From Candidatus Sericytochromatia bacterium (GTDB lineage Bacteria > Cyanobacteriota > Sericytochromatia > S15B-MN24 > UBA4093): a stretch of 64,000 nt of DNA. The notes beneath the pieces are model-generated. The model was not told the origin of the DNA and ran no database searches. It was given only the letters and a program-made list of their open reading frames with translations. The first letter of the stretch is position 1. Every line of letters begins with the position of its first letter. Made by a program: the position numbers and the translations under genes. The stretch covers positions 224,001 to 288,000 of the forward strand of contig JAKFBU010000026.1 of the NCBI GenBank assembly GCA_036676985.1, read 5' to 3'. Below, one piece after another: positions 9,259-19,113 of this stretch.

Positions 9259-10791
9259 ATGACGCCGGCGCTTGCCACCATGATCGACTCCTTGACCCGC
9301 CTCGAGGCCGCGGCCGAGGAGCTTTACCGTGGCCAAGCAGCGCTCGGCCTCGAGTCCGCGGTGCGCGAGGCCCTCGTGGTCCGCGACCTCTCCGGCCGGA
9401 TCCTGCTCTGGAGCAAGGCGGCCGAGAGGCTGTTCGGCTTCGAGGCGTCCGAAGCCCTGGGGGCCCAGGAAGAAGCGTTGCTCGGTGCGGTCTGGCCCGA
9501 CCACGCTCGGGCCGAACTCATGACGGTCGGTGTCTGGCACGGGGACCTGAGTCAAGTAGACGCCGAGCGCCGTCCGCTCGTCGTGCGGGCCCAATGGGTC
9601 TTGCACCGGGACGAGGCGGGCCGACCGGCGGCCGTCATCGCGCAGTACGCGGACATGACGTCGGCTTTGCGGGACGCCAATCGGCTCGTACGGGCGATCT
9701 TCGATCAGACGTTCAACTACATCGGTCTCTTGGACCCGCAAGGTATCCTGCTCGAGGTCAACGAAACCGCCGTGCGAGCCGCCGGCGTCACGTCCGAACA
9801 GGTCATCAACCGGCCGTTCTGGGAGGCCCCCTGGTGGAGCCACTCGCCCGAGCTGCAGGAGCGTCTGCGGGAGGCCATCCGGGAGGCTGCGGGCGGGCGG
9901 TTCATGCGCTTCGAGGCCTTGCACCCGGATCCGGCCGGCGGGTTGCTCTGGGTGGATTTCACGCTCAAGCCCGTCTTCGACGAGCAGGGCCGCGTCGAGT
10001 GGCTCATTCCCGAGGGGCGTGACATCACGGAACGCAAGCGCCTCGAGGAGGCCTTGCAGCAGCAGTTCGAGCGTCGCCAGGAGCTCGACCGCCTGAAGGA
10101 TTCGTTCCTGAGCGCGGTGTCTCACGAGCTGCGGACCCCCTTGGGGTCCATCAAGGGCTATGCGGAGTTCCTGGCGGACGAGATCGCGGGACCCTTGAAC
10201 CCGCAGCAGATGGAGTTCGTGCGGCAGCTCGACCGTGGTGTCCACCGCCTCGAGTACCTCGTGGACGACCTCTTGGATTTGGCCCGTCTCGAGGCCGGGA
10301 CGTTCCGCCTCTCGCTCGCCGAGGGCGATCTGGCCGAGCAAGTGCGCGAGGACGTCGATGCCCTCTACCCGCAGGCATGCGAGTCGCGCCTGCGCCTGGA
10401 GGTCCAGCTGCCGATGGAGCCCGTGCGACTCCGGATGGACGGTCAGCGGATCGGCCAGGTGCTCACCAACCTGCTCCAGAATGCCATCAAGTTCACGCCC
10501 GCCAAGGGCATCATCCAGGTCCACGTGGACCGGGAGCCGGGCGGTGTCCGCTGCTCGGTGCGGGACTCGGGCATCGGGATCCCGCCGGAGGATCTGCCGA
10601 TCCTCTTCCAGCGATTCACCCAGCTCGAGAGCGGTCGCAAGAAGGGGTGCGGGACGGGCCTGGGCCTTTCCATCTGCAAGGCCATCGTCGAGGCGCACGG
10701 CGGCGAGATCGGGGTCGAGAGCACGCTCGGCAAGGGCTCGACGTTCTGGTTCACGCTGCCAGACCGGCCGCCGGCCGGCCTGGCCCCTTAA
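9259..10791 (+). CDS. Cytoplasmic PAS-PAS sensor histidine kinase
   Basis: Two PAS/PAC regions, SHELRTPL H-box, NAIKFT, DSGIGI, GTGLGL. Confidence 0.9.
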   Translation: MTPALATMIDSLTRLEAAAEELYRGQAALGLESAVREALVVRDLSGRILLWSKAAERLFGFEASEALGAQEEALLGAVWPDHARAELMTVGVWHGDLSQVDAERRPLVVRAQWVLHRDEAGRPAAVIAQYADMTSALRDANRLVRAIFDQTFNYIGLLDPQGILLEVNETAVRAAGVTSEQVINRPFWEAPWWSHSPELQERLREAIREAAGGRFMRFEALHPDPAGGLLWVDFTLKPVFDEQGRVEWLIPEGRDITERKRLEEALQQQFERRQELDRLKDSFLSAVSHELRTPLGSIKGYAEFLADEIAGPLNPQQMEFVRQLDRGVHRLEYLVDDLLDLARLEAGTFRLSLAEGDLAEQVREDVDALYPQACESRLRLEVQLPMEPVRLRMDGQRIGQVLTNLLQNAIKFTPAKGIIQVHVDREPGGVRCSVRDSGIGIPPEDLPILFQRFTQLESGRKKGCGTGLGLSICKAIVEAHGGEIGVESTLGKGSTFWFTLPDRPPAGLAP

Positions 10792-10881
10792 TTAACATCT
10801 GATTGCCAAACTTTATCCTGGGCCTAACCGACCAGCCGTGCGAAAGCCCGATAAGTCCTCCCAGTACGAGGAGGCACAGGT

Positions 10882-12171
10882 ATGACCACGATTGGCTCGA
10901 TTCTCTCCGCGCAGCGCCCCCAGGCGGGTGCATCGCGCGTCCTGTCGGGCGCCGCGACGGCCCCAGCCGGACGCATGGCGGGCGACAAGGTCCAGATCTC
11001 CGAGGGATCCGTTCCGTGGCGCGCGAGCGCCGGCAACCGCTTCGAGCCCCTGGTGGACCGCGAGCAGGTGATCCGCTCGGTCATGGACACCATCAAGGGC
11101 GCCCAGCACACGCTCCAGCTACAGAGCTACCTCTTCGGCGGCAAGGTCTCCCAGGAGATCGCCGCGGCGCTGGTGGAGCGTCAGAAGGCCGGCGTGGCCG
11201 TGCAGGTGCTCCTGGATCCCAAGCTGTCCATGGTCGGCGAGGATGACGACGGCAAGGCGATCGCCTACCTCAAGGCCAACGGCGTCGACGTGCGGACCTA
11301 CCCGGTCAAGAAGCTGAACGAGGGCGAGCCCCGCTGGCAGCAGGGCAACGCCATCGACCACGCCAAGATGCTGGTGGCGGACGGCCGGGTGGCCATCGTG
11401 GGCGGTATGAACCTTTCGGATGCGGGCGTCGAGGCCCATGACTTCATGGTCCGCATAGAGGGCCAGGGCGCGGGCCAGTTGGCCGACGCCTTCGACGAGG
11501 ACTGGTCGCTGTCGGGCGGTCGCGTCGCCGAGCGGCCCAAGACCGCGGCGCAGGCCCCGACCACCGAGGGCCGCATGCTCATCGCGGAGAACAGCGCGTC
11601 CCGGCACAACCTCGCCCAGCTCGTGATCTCCGAGATCAAGCAGGCCAAGAAGTCGGTGGCCGTCGAGGCGCTCTTCCTGGATCACCCGGACTATATCCAG
11701 GCGCTCGTGGACGCCCATCGGCGGGGCGTGACGGTCCAGGTGTTGCTGGATCAGAGCGCCGTCAAGAAGTTCATGGACCTGGTGCCCGGCGGGAAGTACG
11801 CGCGGGGGCTACCGGTGGAGACGTTGCCGAACCTGCCGGCGATCGCCAAGCTGCGTGAGGCGGGCGTGCCGGTGCACCTCTACGAGCCGCACGGGGACCT
11901 GACGTACCTGCACGGGAAGCTGGCGCTCATCGACGACCGGGTGACGCTCTTGGGCTCGGCGAACTTCACGCGTCAGGCGGCGCAGAACAACCGCGAGCTC
12001 ATGATGGCCATGGACGATCCGGAGGCGACGAAGCGCTTCAAGGCGGTGTTCGACGACGACTGGCAGCACCACAGCACCGAGGTCAGGGAGCTGCCGAAGT
12101 GGCAGACCAAGCTCGCGCCCTGGATCGGCAAGGCGCAAGAGACGATCTTCGGGGCTCCGGCAGAATATTAA
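10882..12171 (+). CDS. Phospholipase D / cardiolipin synthase family protein
   Basis: Two HKD motifs (HAKMLVAD...GGMN and HGKLALID...GSAN); GAGGAGG RBS; no TM and no signal peptide. Confidence 0.88.
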   Translation: MTTIGSILSAQRPQAGASRVLSGAATAPAGRMAGDKVQISEGSVPWRASAGNRFEPLVDREQVIRSVMDTIKGAQHTLQLQSYLFGGKVSQEIAAALVERQKAGVAVQVLLDPKLSMVGEDDDGKAIAYLKANGVDVRTYPVKKLNEGEPRWQQGNAIDHAKMLVADGRVAIVGGMNLSDAGVEAHDFMVRIEGQGAGQLADAFDEDWSLSGGRVAERPKTAAQAPTTEGRMLIAENSASRHNLAQLVISEIKQAKKSVAVEALFLDHPDYIQALVDAHRRGVTVQVLLDQSAVKKFMDLVPGGKYARGLPVETLPNLPAIAKLREAGVPVHLYEPHGDLTYLHGKLALIDDRVTLLGSANFTRQAAQNNRELMMAMDDPEATKRFKAVFDDDWQHHSTEVRELPKWQTKLAPWIGKAQETIFGAPAEY

Positions 12172-12197
12172 TCAATTCCTGGCTGAAGAGAGCGCTA

Positions 12198-12289
12198 CGT
12201 CATTCCCGCGAAAGCGGGAATCCAGCGGGACCGACCGCGGCGACTTCTGTACGGCGCTGCGCTGGCCCCCCGCTTTCGCGAGGGTGACG
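12198..12289. repeat. Inverted pair of CGTC-type REP-like palindromes
   Basis: CGTCATTCCCGCGAAAGCGGGAATCCAG at 12198-12225; reverse copy CGTCACCCTCGCGAAAGCGGGGGGCCAG at 12262-12289. Confidence 0.85.
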
Positions 12290-12337
12290 GCGAGCGCAAG
12301 CTCACGTCGAACGTTGCGCTGCTGGGGCGAGTAGGCC

Positions 12338-13483
12338 CTAGCTAGTTATCGCTGCCGCCAGCCCCAAAAGCGGCCAGAATTCCTGTGGCACGTGGTGCTT
12401 GTGGCTTTCGGGGAACGTGCCGGCCAGGATCGAGGCCCTTACCGACTCCATCAGCCGCACCAGGTAGCGGATGTTGTGGATGCTGAGCAGCGTATGCGCC
12501 AACAGCTCCTCGGACCGCACCAGGTGGTTCAGGTACCGCCGCTCGAAGCCCGTCACGCAGGTGTAGCAGTCGCAGCCCTCCTGCAGGATGGCCGAGTCCT
12601 CGCGGTACCGCGCATTCTTGATGTTCAGCCGGCCCTCGGGATGGAAGACGCTGCCGTGCCGCGCCAGGCGCGTCGGCAGCACGCAGTCGAACATGTCCAC
12701 GCCCAGGGCCGCGCCCACCACCAGGTCCTCGGGCATGCCCACACCCATCAGGTAACGCGGCTTGTGCTCGGGCAAGAGGCCCGTGCTGTGCGCCAGCGTG
12801 GGATACATCTTGTCCTTGGGCTCGCCCACCGACAAACCCCCGATGGCGTAGCCCGGGAAGTCCATGGGGACGAGCGCCTCGGCGCTGCGGGTGCGCAGCT
12901 CTGGGTAGATGTTGCCCTGGATGATGCCGAAGAGGGCCTGGTCCTCGGGACGCTTGTGCGCCGCGAGGCAGCGCTCCGCCCAGCGGGTCGTGCGGTCCAC
13001 GCCCTCGAGCGCCGTCTCGAACGAGCTCATGCCGGGCACGCACTCGTCGAAGGCCATCATGATGTCCGCGCCCAGGCTGTTCTGGATCTCCATCGAGACC
13101 TCGGGCGAGACGAAGTGGGTCGAGCCGTCGATGGGGCTCTTGAACTTGACGCCTTCCTCGGTCAGCTTGCGTAGCTCGGTCAGCGAGAAGACCTGGAAGC
13201 CGCCCGAATCCGTGAGCATGCTCTTCGGCCACTTCTCGAACTTGTGCAGGCCGCCCGCGCTCTCGACCAGCTTGTGACCCGGCCGCAGGAAGAGGTGGTA
13301 GGCGTTGGCGAGGATGATGGTCGCCCCGGTGTCCTCCACCTGATGAGGCGTGAGCGCCTTGACGGTCGCCAGCGTCCCCACCGGCATGAACACCGGGGTC
13401 GGCACCTCGCCGTGAGGGGTCGTGAGCACGCCGGCCCGCGCACGGCCACACTTGGCCTCGAGTTGGAAGCGGATCGCGCCCAC
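12338..13483 (-). CDS. tgt: Queuine tRNA-ribosyltransferase
   Basis: TPVFMPVGT, TDSGGFQVFSL, DMFDCVLPTR, CDCYTC zinc site. Confidence 0.96.
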   Translation of the reverse strand: MGAIRFQLEAKCGRARAGVLTTPHGEVPTPVFMPVGTLATVKALTPHQVEDTGATIILANAYHLFLRPGHKLVESAGGLHKFEKWPKSMLTDSGGFQVFSLTELRKLTEEGVKFKSPIDGSTHFVSPEVSMEIQNSLGADIMMAFDECVPGMSSFETALEGVDRTTRWAERCLAAHKRPEDQALFGIIQGNIYPELRTRSAEALVPMDFPGYAIGGLSVGEPKDKMYPTLAHSTGLLPEHKPRYLMGVGMPEDLVVGAALGVDMFDCVLPTRLARHGSVFHPEGRLNIKNARYREDSAILQEGCDCYTCVTGFERRYLNHLVRSEELLAHTLLSIHNIRYLVRLMESVRASILAGTFPESHKHHVPQEFWPLLGLAAAITS

Positions 13484-13495
13484 CTTGATACTCCC

Positions 13496-13972
13496 TTACT
13501 TCTTGGGTTTGAAGTCGGCTCCCGTCCAGCCGAACGTCTGCGTCTTACCGTCGGCCTCCACCGAGAGGGAGCCGGGTTTGAGGCCGAGCGTGACGGGCAC
13601 GACCTTGTGGGTCCCCTTCACGCCCCACACCTCGAGCGTGACCTCGGTCTTCGGGTCGCCGAAGGCCTTGGCGCCCACGTTGGTCGCACCCAGCTTGCTG
13701 AGCGAACCCTTGGTGGTGTAGAGGACCTGCGTCTTGCCCGACTTGGTGGACTTGGCCGTGACCGACACCTGGCCCGAGGGCGTCATGGCGAAGCCGATGA
13801 CCTCGGGCTGCTGGTCGCCGTCGTAGTCGAAGGCGGGCGGAGCGGTCATGGACTGGAGAATGTCCAGCGGCAGCTTCGAGGTGTCCGCGTGCGGCTTGGA
13901 CTCGGGTAGGGGCGGGGGCGACTCGGCAGGAGCCTGCGCCAGCATCGTCGCGAGAGTCAGGGCAGCTAGCAT
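13496..13972 (-). CDS. Exported hypothetical protein with DxDGDxxPE motif
   Basis: Short hydrophobic N-terminus; DYDGDQQPEVI; sits in the operon upstream of tgt. Confidence 0.65.
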   Translation of the reverse strand: MLAALTLATMLAQAPAESPPPLPESKPHADTSKLPLDILQSMTAPPAFDYDGDQQPEVIGFAMTPSGQVSVTAKSTKSGKTQVLYTTKGSLSKLGATNVGAKAFGDPKTEVTLEVWGVKGTHKVVPVTLGLKPGSLSVEADGKTQTFGWTGADFKPKK

Positions 13973-14065
13973 CGTGGTTTGACCTCCTTGGAGCGTCGCC
14001 TCCCGACCGGGCGGCCGGGCGCACGGGGACCGACAGTTTGTACCCCGAAGGGGCCGAGACCATTC

Positions 14066-16648
14066 CTAGATCCAGGAGCTGAACCAGATGTGCATCCGGT
14101 AGAAGGCCTCGGGAATGGGCAAGCCGGACACGAGGGGGTAGAAGAAGGCGAACAGACCGGCCACCAGGAGCACGTAGGTCGAAGCCACGGGCTCCCAGTC
14201 CTCGTCGTGCCAGAGGCGATCGAGGAAGTAGGCCACCGACAGCACCGCGAAGGGGATGGTCTCGAACATGTAGTGCATGAAGACCAGGGGACGCGGCTGA
14301 ATGGCCCACATGAGGTACATGCCGAGCCCCATGACGACCGCGAAGACGCCCGGCCAGAGCTTCTTGCGCCAGGCAACGACGGTCATGGCCAAGAGCGCCG
14401 GGATGCTCGTCCACCAGATGGCCGGGTTGCCGATGGCGACGATGCCCGAGATGAGCCCGTTCTTCCAGTCGTGGTAGTAGTACCAGGTCGGCCGGATCAT
14501 GAGCGGCCACTGCCACCACGGCGAGGAGTAGCTGTGGCTGGCGTTGAGATTGGCATGGTACCCCCACATGTTCTTCTGCATCTGGAAGACCTCGCCCAGG
14601 TTGTGGCCCTGAGCCATGTAGGGGATGTAGCTCAACAGGTAGACCGCGAAGGGGAAGAGCACGAAGTAGCCGACCGCTCGCAGGGCGAGGAAGCCGATCT
14701 CCTTCGGCGTGCGGCGCGGCTGCTCCCAGAAGATCACGTAGAGGGCGACCAGCAGGCCCAGGAGGCCCCACGCGTACAGGCTCGTCCACCGGGTGGCCAG
14801 CGCTCCGCCCAGGGCGGTCGCCGCGAGCATGAGCATGGTCTCCTTGCGGGTCTTGAAGAACTCCCAGACGAACAGGCAGCTCAACAGCAGGAAGAAGACC
14901 ACGTAGATGTTGGTCATGGCCACGCGGCTCTGGACGAAGAACACGCCGTCGCACGCGAGCATGAGCGTGGCGAGCCACGCGACCCGCCGCCGCTCGAACA
15001 TGCGGCGCACCAGGAGGTAGAAGACGACGAGCGTCAACGCCCCGAACACGAGGCTCATGAAGCGCCAGCCGAAGCCGTTCATGCCGAAGAGGGCGACGCC
15101 CACCGCGATGATCAGCTTGGCCAGGGGCGGGTGCGTCCACTCGTAGGGGTTGATGCCTCTGAGGTACTCCTCGGCCGTGCGGGCGTGGTAGACCTCGTCG
15201 AAGATCTGCTCGGCGGGCAAGCCCAGCCGGTACATGCCGACCGCGAGGAAGGCGCCCGCGATGCCGATCATCCACCGCCAGTCGCGCTGGTCCCACGGAT
15301 CGGTCGTGGGCTCGGTCTGGAGCTTTTCACCCAGCAGCGCCTGGCGGAGGCTCATGTTGGGCCGCTTCATGGTCTCGGAGCGGCGCCCGAAGGTGTAGCC
15401 GATGAGGTCCCCGAAGAACCACATGTTGGCGAGCACGCAGCCCATGATGAGCGCCCAGCGCAGCTGCGAGGGGATCGCGTAGAAGAGGGCCTGGTTCGTG
15501 TAGTAGAGGTAGACGTACAGGACGTTGAGGGTCGCCGTCGTCGTGAAGCCCCACAGGTTGCTCGACAGGTAGCGGTTGGTGCTGCCCGCGAGCGTCAAGA
15601 AGGCGATCGCCGGGAAGATGTACCGCTCGTGCATGCGCGTCGGGAAGAGGAAGAAGCCGAGCAAGAGGATCGCGGCCGCGAGGAACAGGGGACCGACGCC
15701 CCCGTTGCGCTTGCGGTACATGAACACGCCCATCCATGCCGAGAGGATGGCCACGAAGGCGAGCCCCAGCGTGTGGTGCGGGATGCCGAAGATGCGCCGG
15801 GCGTCGGTGTACTGGTCGCCCCACATGAGGACGCCGTTGTCGAGGCTGGTGGGCGCCCAGATGTTGAAGGCGTTGATGGTGCTCGAGGTGTAGGTGCCCG
15901 CGGTGGCCGACATCTTCTGGTACAGGAACACGAAGGGATCGACGAGGCCGGGATGGAAGGGCACGGTGACGAGCCAGACCACGAGCACGCCCAGGGCCGT
16001 GGCGGCGGGCCACATCCACCAGGGCCGGCGGAACCACTGGGACAGGACGAAGAACGGGGCGAGGAAGATGCCCTGCGGCTTGAGCATGACGCCGCCGACG
16101 GCCATGGCCGCCGCGGTCAGGAAGCGATTCTGCAGGAGCAGGAAGGTGACGCCGAGCATCACGAGCGTGAGCAGGCTGTCGATCTGGCCCCAGATGCCGC
16201 TCACGAAGAGCACGAGCGGGTTGAAGGCGTAGGCGAGCGCTCCGTGGTACGCGCTGCGGATGGTCACGCGCCCCCGCAGCATCACGAAGATGAGGTAGCT
16301 CGAGGCGATGTCCGCGAGGATGCCCGGCAGCTTCAGGACGTTCCCGAGCCCGAAGCCGTGGCCGTAGTGCGCCCACGTCGGGTCGAAGAGGTGGTACAGC
16401 CACCCCAGCATCCCCAGGAGATAGAGGTAGCCGGGTGGGTAGTCGCAGAAGTAGTCGGGGGCGTAGAAGGCTCCCGGCCCGACCTCGACCATCCGGCGGC
16501 TCCAGGCCATGAAGGTGTCCATGTCCACCCAGAAGGCCACCGGGAAGGCGATGATGACCAGCCGCAGCACGAGGGCGGCGGCGAGTCCTGCCATGAGGCG
16601 CTGATGGTACTTCGTCAGGAGCGGCGAGCGCTGGAGTTCAGCAGACAT
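14066..16648 (-). CDS. Fused double GT-C glycosyltransferase: GT87/ALG6-like N-half plus PMT (GT39) protein O-mannosyltransferase-like C-half
   Basis: N-half DYPPGY, WGQIDS, HERY; C-half FDEVYH, EWTHPPLAK, HSYSSPWWQWPL; many TMs. Confidence 0.8.
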   Translation of the reverse strand: MSAELQRSPLLTKYHQRLMAGLAAALVLRLVIIAFPVAFWVDMDTFMAWSRRMVEVGPGAFYAPDYFCDYPPGYLYLLGMLGWLYHLFDPTWAHYGHGFGLGNVLKLPGILADIASSYLIFVMLRGRVTIRSAYHGALAYAFNPLVLFVSGIWGQIDSLLTLVMLGVTFLLLQNRFLTAAAMAVGGVMLKPQGIFLAPFFVLSQWFRRPWWMWPAATALGVLVVWLVTVPFHPGLVDPFVFLYQKMSATAGTYTSSTINAFNIWAPTSLDNGVLMWGDQYTDARRIFGIPHHTLGLAFVAILSAWMGVFMYRKRNGGVGPLFLAAAILLLGFFLFPTRMHERYIFPAIAFLTLAGSTNRYLSSNLWGFTTTATLNVLYVYLYYTNQALFYAIPSQLRWALIMGCVLANMWFFGDLIGYTFGRRSETMKRPNMSLRQALLGEKLQTEPTTDPWDQRDWRWMIGIAGAFLAVGMYRLGLPAEQIFDEVYHARTAEEYLRGINPYEWTHPPLAKLIIAVGVALFGMNGFGWRFMSLVFGALTLVVFYLLVRRMFERRRVAWLATLMLACDGVFFVQSRVAMTNIYVVFFLLLSCLFVWEFFKTRKETMLMLAATALGGALATRWTSLYAWGLLGLLVALYVIFWEQPRRTPKEIGFLALRAVGYFVLFPFAVYLLSYIPYMAQGHNLGEVFQMQKNMWGYHANLNASHSYSSPWWQWPLMIRPTWYYYHDWKNGLISGIVAIGNPAIWWTSIPALLAMTVVAWRKKLWPGVFAVVMGLGMYLMWAIQPRPLVFMHYMFETIPFAVLSVAYFLDRLWHDEDWEPVASTYVLLVAGLFAFFYPLVSGLPIPEAFYRMHIWFSSWI

Positions 16649-16770
16649 GCGCGTCAGTGTAGTCCATGTCGCGCCGGGTTTCAAGGAAGGCGAGAGCGTC
16701 TAACGAAACTGTTCCTTCAAGCCGCCGGATGGCGGCCACCCCTTCCCATGCCTGGTTTTGTTAGATGCTC

Positions 16771-17139
16771 TCACTGCGGGCTGGAGAGGTCCGGCCGGAG
16801 GCGAACGGCCTCGCGCAGGTAGACGTGGCGGATCTCGGCGGCGGCGCGCCGGGTGTAGGTGTGGACCATGACCCGGATGCACTGGGGCAGCGCGCCCGGC
16901 ACGCCGATCTCGCTCATGCAGAGGAGCGGCACGTGGTTCCAGCCCATCTCGCGGGCGGCCTCGGCTGGAAAGCATGCGTCCAGGTCCGGGGTCATGGTGA
17001 AGTTGGCGCTGATCAGGTCGTCCGGCTCGAGGCCGTTGCCCGCGATCAGGTGCTCCAGGAGCTCGCGGGTCGCCGCGAGGATCGCGTCCCGCGCGTTCTC
17101 GGTGACGGTGATGGCCCCGCGAATCGCCCGGACGCGCAT
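16771..17139 (-). CDS. aroH: AroH-type chorismate mutase
   Basis: [34 protein letters not shown]. Confidence 0.93.
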   Translation of the reverse strand: MRVRAIRGAITVTENARDAILAATRELLEHLIAGNGLEPDDLISANFTMTPDLDACFPAEAAREMGWNHVPLLCMSEIGVPGALPQCIRVMVHTYTRRAAAEIRHVYLREAVRLRPDLSSPQ

Positions 17140-17140
17140 G

Positions 17141-17872
17141 CTACACCCCGATCGGTTGCTTGACCGCCGACTCCTGGGCGGCGATGAGGGAGCGAATGCC
17201 CTGGTCGGCCAGATCCAAGAGGCGATTGAGCATCTGGCGGTCGTAGGGCTCGCCTTCGGCGGTGCCCTGGACCTCGACGTACTTGCCCGAGCCGGTGGCG
17301 ACCACGTTCATGTCGGTCTCGGCCTGGGAGTCCTCGTCGTAGTTGAGGTCGAGGCGCGCCTCGCCGTCGATGACGCCCACCGAGATGGCGGCCAGGTGAT
17401 CGAGGCGCGGCATGCGCGGCAGGAGGCCTCGCGCGACGATGGCCTGCAGGGCGTCGTGCAGGGCGATCCAGGCGCCCGTGATGGCCGCGGTGCGGGTGCC
17501 GCCGTCGGCCTGGATCACGTCGCAGTCGATGGTGATCTGGCGTTCGCCAAGAGCCCCCAGGTCCACCACGCCGCGCAGGGATCGGCCGATGAGGCGCTGG
17601 ATCTCGTGGGTCCGGCCGCCCACCTTGCCCAGGCTCGACTCGCGGGCCGAGCGGGTGTGGGTCGAGCGGGGCAGCATGGCGTATTCGGCCGTGACCCAGC
17701 CGCGGCCCGAGCCCTTGAGAAAGGGGGGCACGCGCTCCTCCACGCTCGCGTTGCAGAGGACCTTGGTGTCGCCGAAGGAGATGAGCACCGAGCCCTCGGC
17801 ATGCTTGGTGAAGCCGCGCTGGATGGAGAGGGGGCGCATTTGGTCGGCGTTTCGACCGTCAGGGCGGGGCAT
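17141..17872 (-). CDS. rph: Ribonuclease PH
   Basis: [42 protein letters not shown]. Confidence 0.96.
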   Translation of the reverse strand: MPRPDGRNADQMRPLSIQRGFTKHAEGSVLISFGDTKVLCNASVEERVPPFLKGSGRGWVTAEYAMLPRSTHTRSARESSLGKVGGRTHEIQRLIGRSLRGVVDLGALGERQITIDCDVIQADGGTRTAAITGAWIALHDALQAIVARGLLPRMPRLDHLAAISVGVIDGEARLDLNYDEDSQAETDMNVVATGSGKYVEVQGTAEGEPYDRQMLNRLLDLADQGIRSLIAAQESAVKQPIGV

Positions 17873-18060
17873 GGGTTTCTCCTTAGGACGAGGGAACCTT
17901 CGCATGTTAGCAGCCGGAGCCCACTGGAGGCAAAGGCCCGGGGCATCCCTCGCCCGAGGCCCGCCGAAAGGGAGGAAACTGTTGGGTGAGTCGGGTCTTC
18001 GATGGGGGGCGGGGCAAACGTTATCGTGTCGGTGATTCCCACCCGCTTCGAGGAGTTGCT

Positions 18061-19113
18061 ATGCACATCGGCATGTTGGCCCCGATCTGGGAAACCATCC
18101 CCCCGCAAGGCTACGGGGGGATCGAGCGAGTAGTCGACTTGCTGACGCGCCAGCTGCTGGCCCGTGGCCACCAGGTGACCCTGTTCACCACCGGAGACTC
18201 CCGGAGCGAGGCCGAGTGCCTCTGGACCGAGCCTCAGGCCCTTCGAGTGCTGGGCTTCGACACCTGGAGCTGCCAGATGGCCGAGGCGCTCCACGTGAGC
18301 CATGCCATGCAGCAGCGCCACCGGTTCGACCTCATGCACAACCACATGGGCCCGCTCGGCGTGACCTTCGCCGCCGCCTGCGCGGCCCCGATGGTGACGA
18401 CGCTGCATGGGCCCATCGAGCCGTCGATCGAGCGCTACTTGCTGGACTACCCCGGCCATGCCTACGTCAGCATCAGCCACGCGCAGCAACAAGCAGCGCC
18501 CTGGCTGTCCTACGCCGCCAACATCTACAACGGCATCGAACCCGACGCGTTCGCCCTCGGCCAAAAGGCAGGCTACCTGCTCTTTCTCGGCCGCATCTCC
18601 CCCGAGAAGGGGACGCATCTCGCCATCGAGGCGGCGCTCGCCGCGGACCTGCCCCTCATCATCGCCGCCAAGGTCGATCCCTACGACCGGCCCTATTTCG
18701 AGGAGCGGATCCGCCCTAGCCTCGACGGAGAGCGGATCCGCTTTGTCGGAGAGGTGGACGGAAAAGACAAGGCGGACCTCCTGAGCGGGGCGATCGCCCT
18801 CCTGCACCTGGTCCAGTGGCCGGAGCCCTTCGGGCTCGCCATGGTCGAGGCCATGGCTTCCGGGACGCCGGTGATCGCCATGCCGCACGGTTCCATCCCC
18901 GAGGTCGTCGAGCCGGGCCTGACGGGCGTCATCGTCTCGACGGTGGCGGAGGCCGTGACGGCCATCGATCAGGTGAGTGACCTCGATCCCGCGAGCTGCC
19001 GGCGCCGGGCCATCGAGCGTTTCGGCGCAGCCGGCATGGCCGCGGCCTACGAGCGCGTCTACGAGGAGCTGCTCGCCGGGCAGCCCGGCCAGCTCCGGGA
19101 GCTCGAGGCATGA
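18061..19113 (+). CDS. Glycosyltransferase family 4
   Basis: PPQGYGGIE, FLGRISPEKG, EPFGLAMVEAMASG; GAGGAG RBS before ATG 18061. Confidence 0.9.
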   Translation: MHIGMLAPIWETIPPQGYGGIERVVDLLTRQLLARGHQVTLFTTGDSRSEAECLWTEPQALRVLGFDTWSCQMAEALHVSHAMQQRHRFDLMHNHMGPLGVTFAAACAAPMVTTLHGPIEPSIERYLLDYPGHAYVSISHAQQQAAPWLSYAANIYNGIEPDAFALGQKAGYLLFLGRISPEKGTHLAIEAALAADLPLIIAAKVDPYDRPYFEERIRPSLDGERIRFVGEVDGKDKADLLSGAIALLHLVQWPEPFGLAMVEAMASGTPVIAMPHGSIPEVVEPGLTGVIVSTVAEAVTAIDQVSDLDPASCRRRAIERFGAAGMAAAYERVYEELLAGQPGQLRELEA

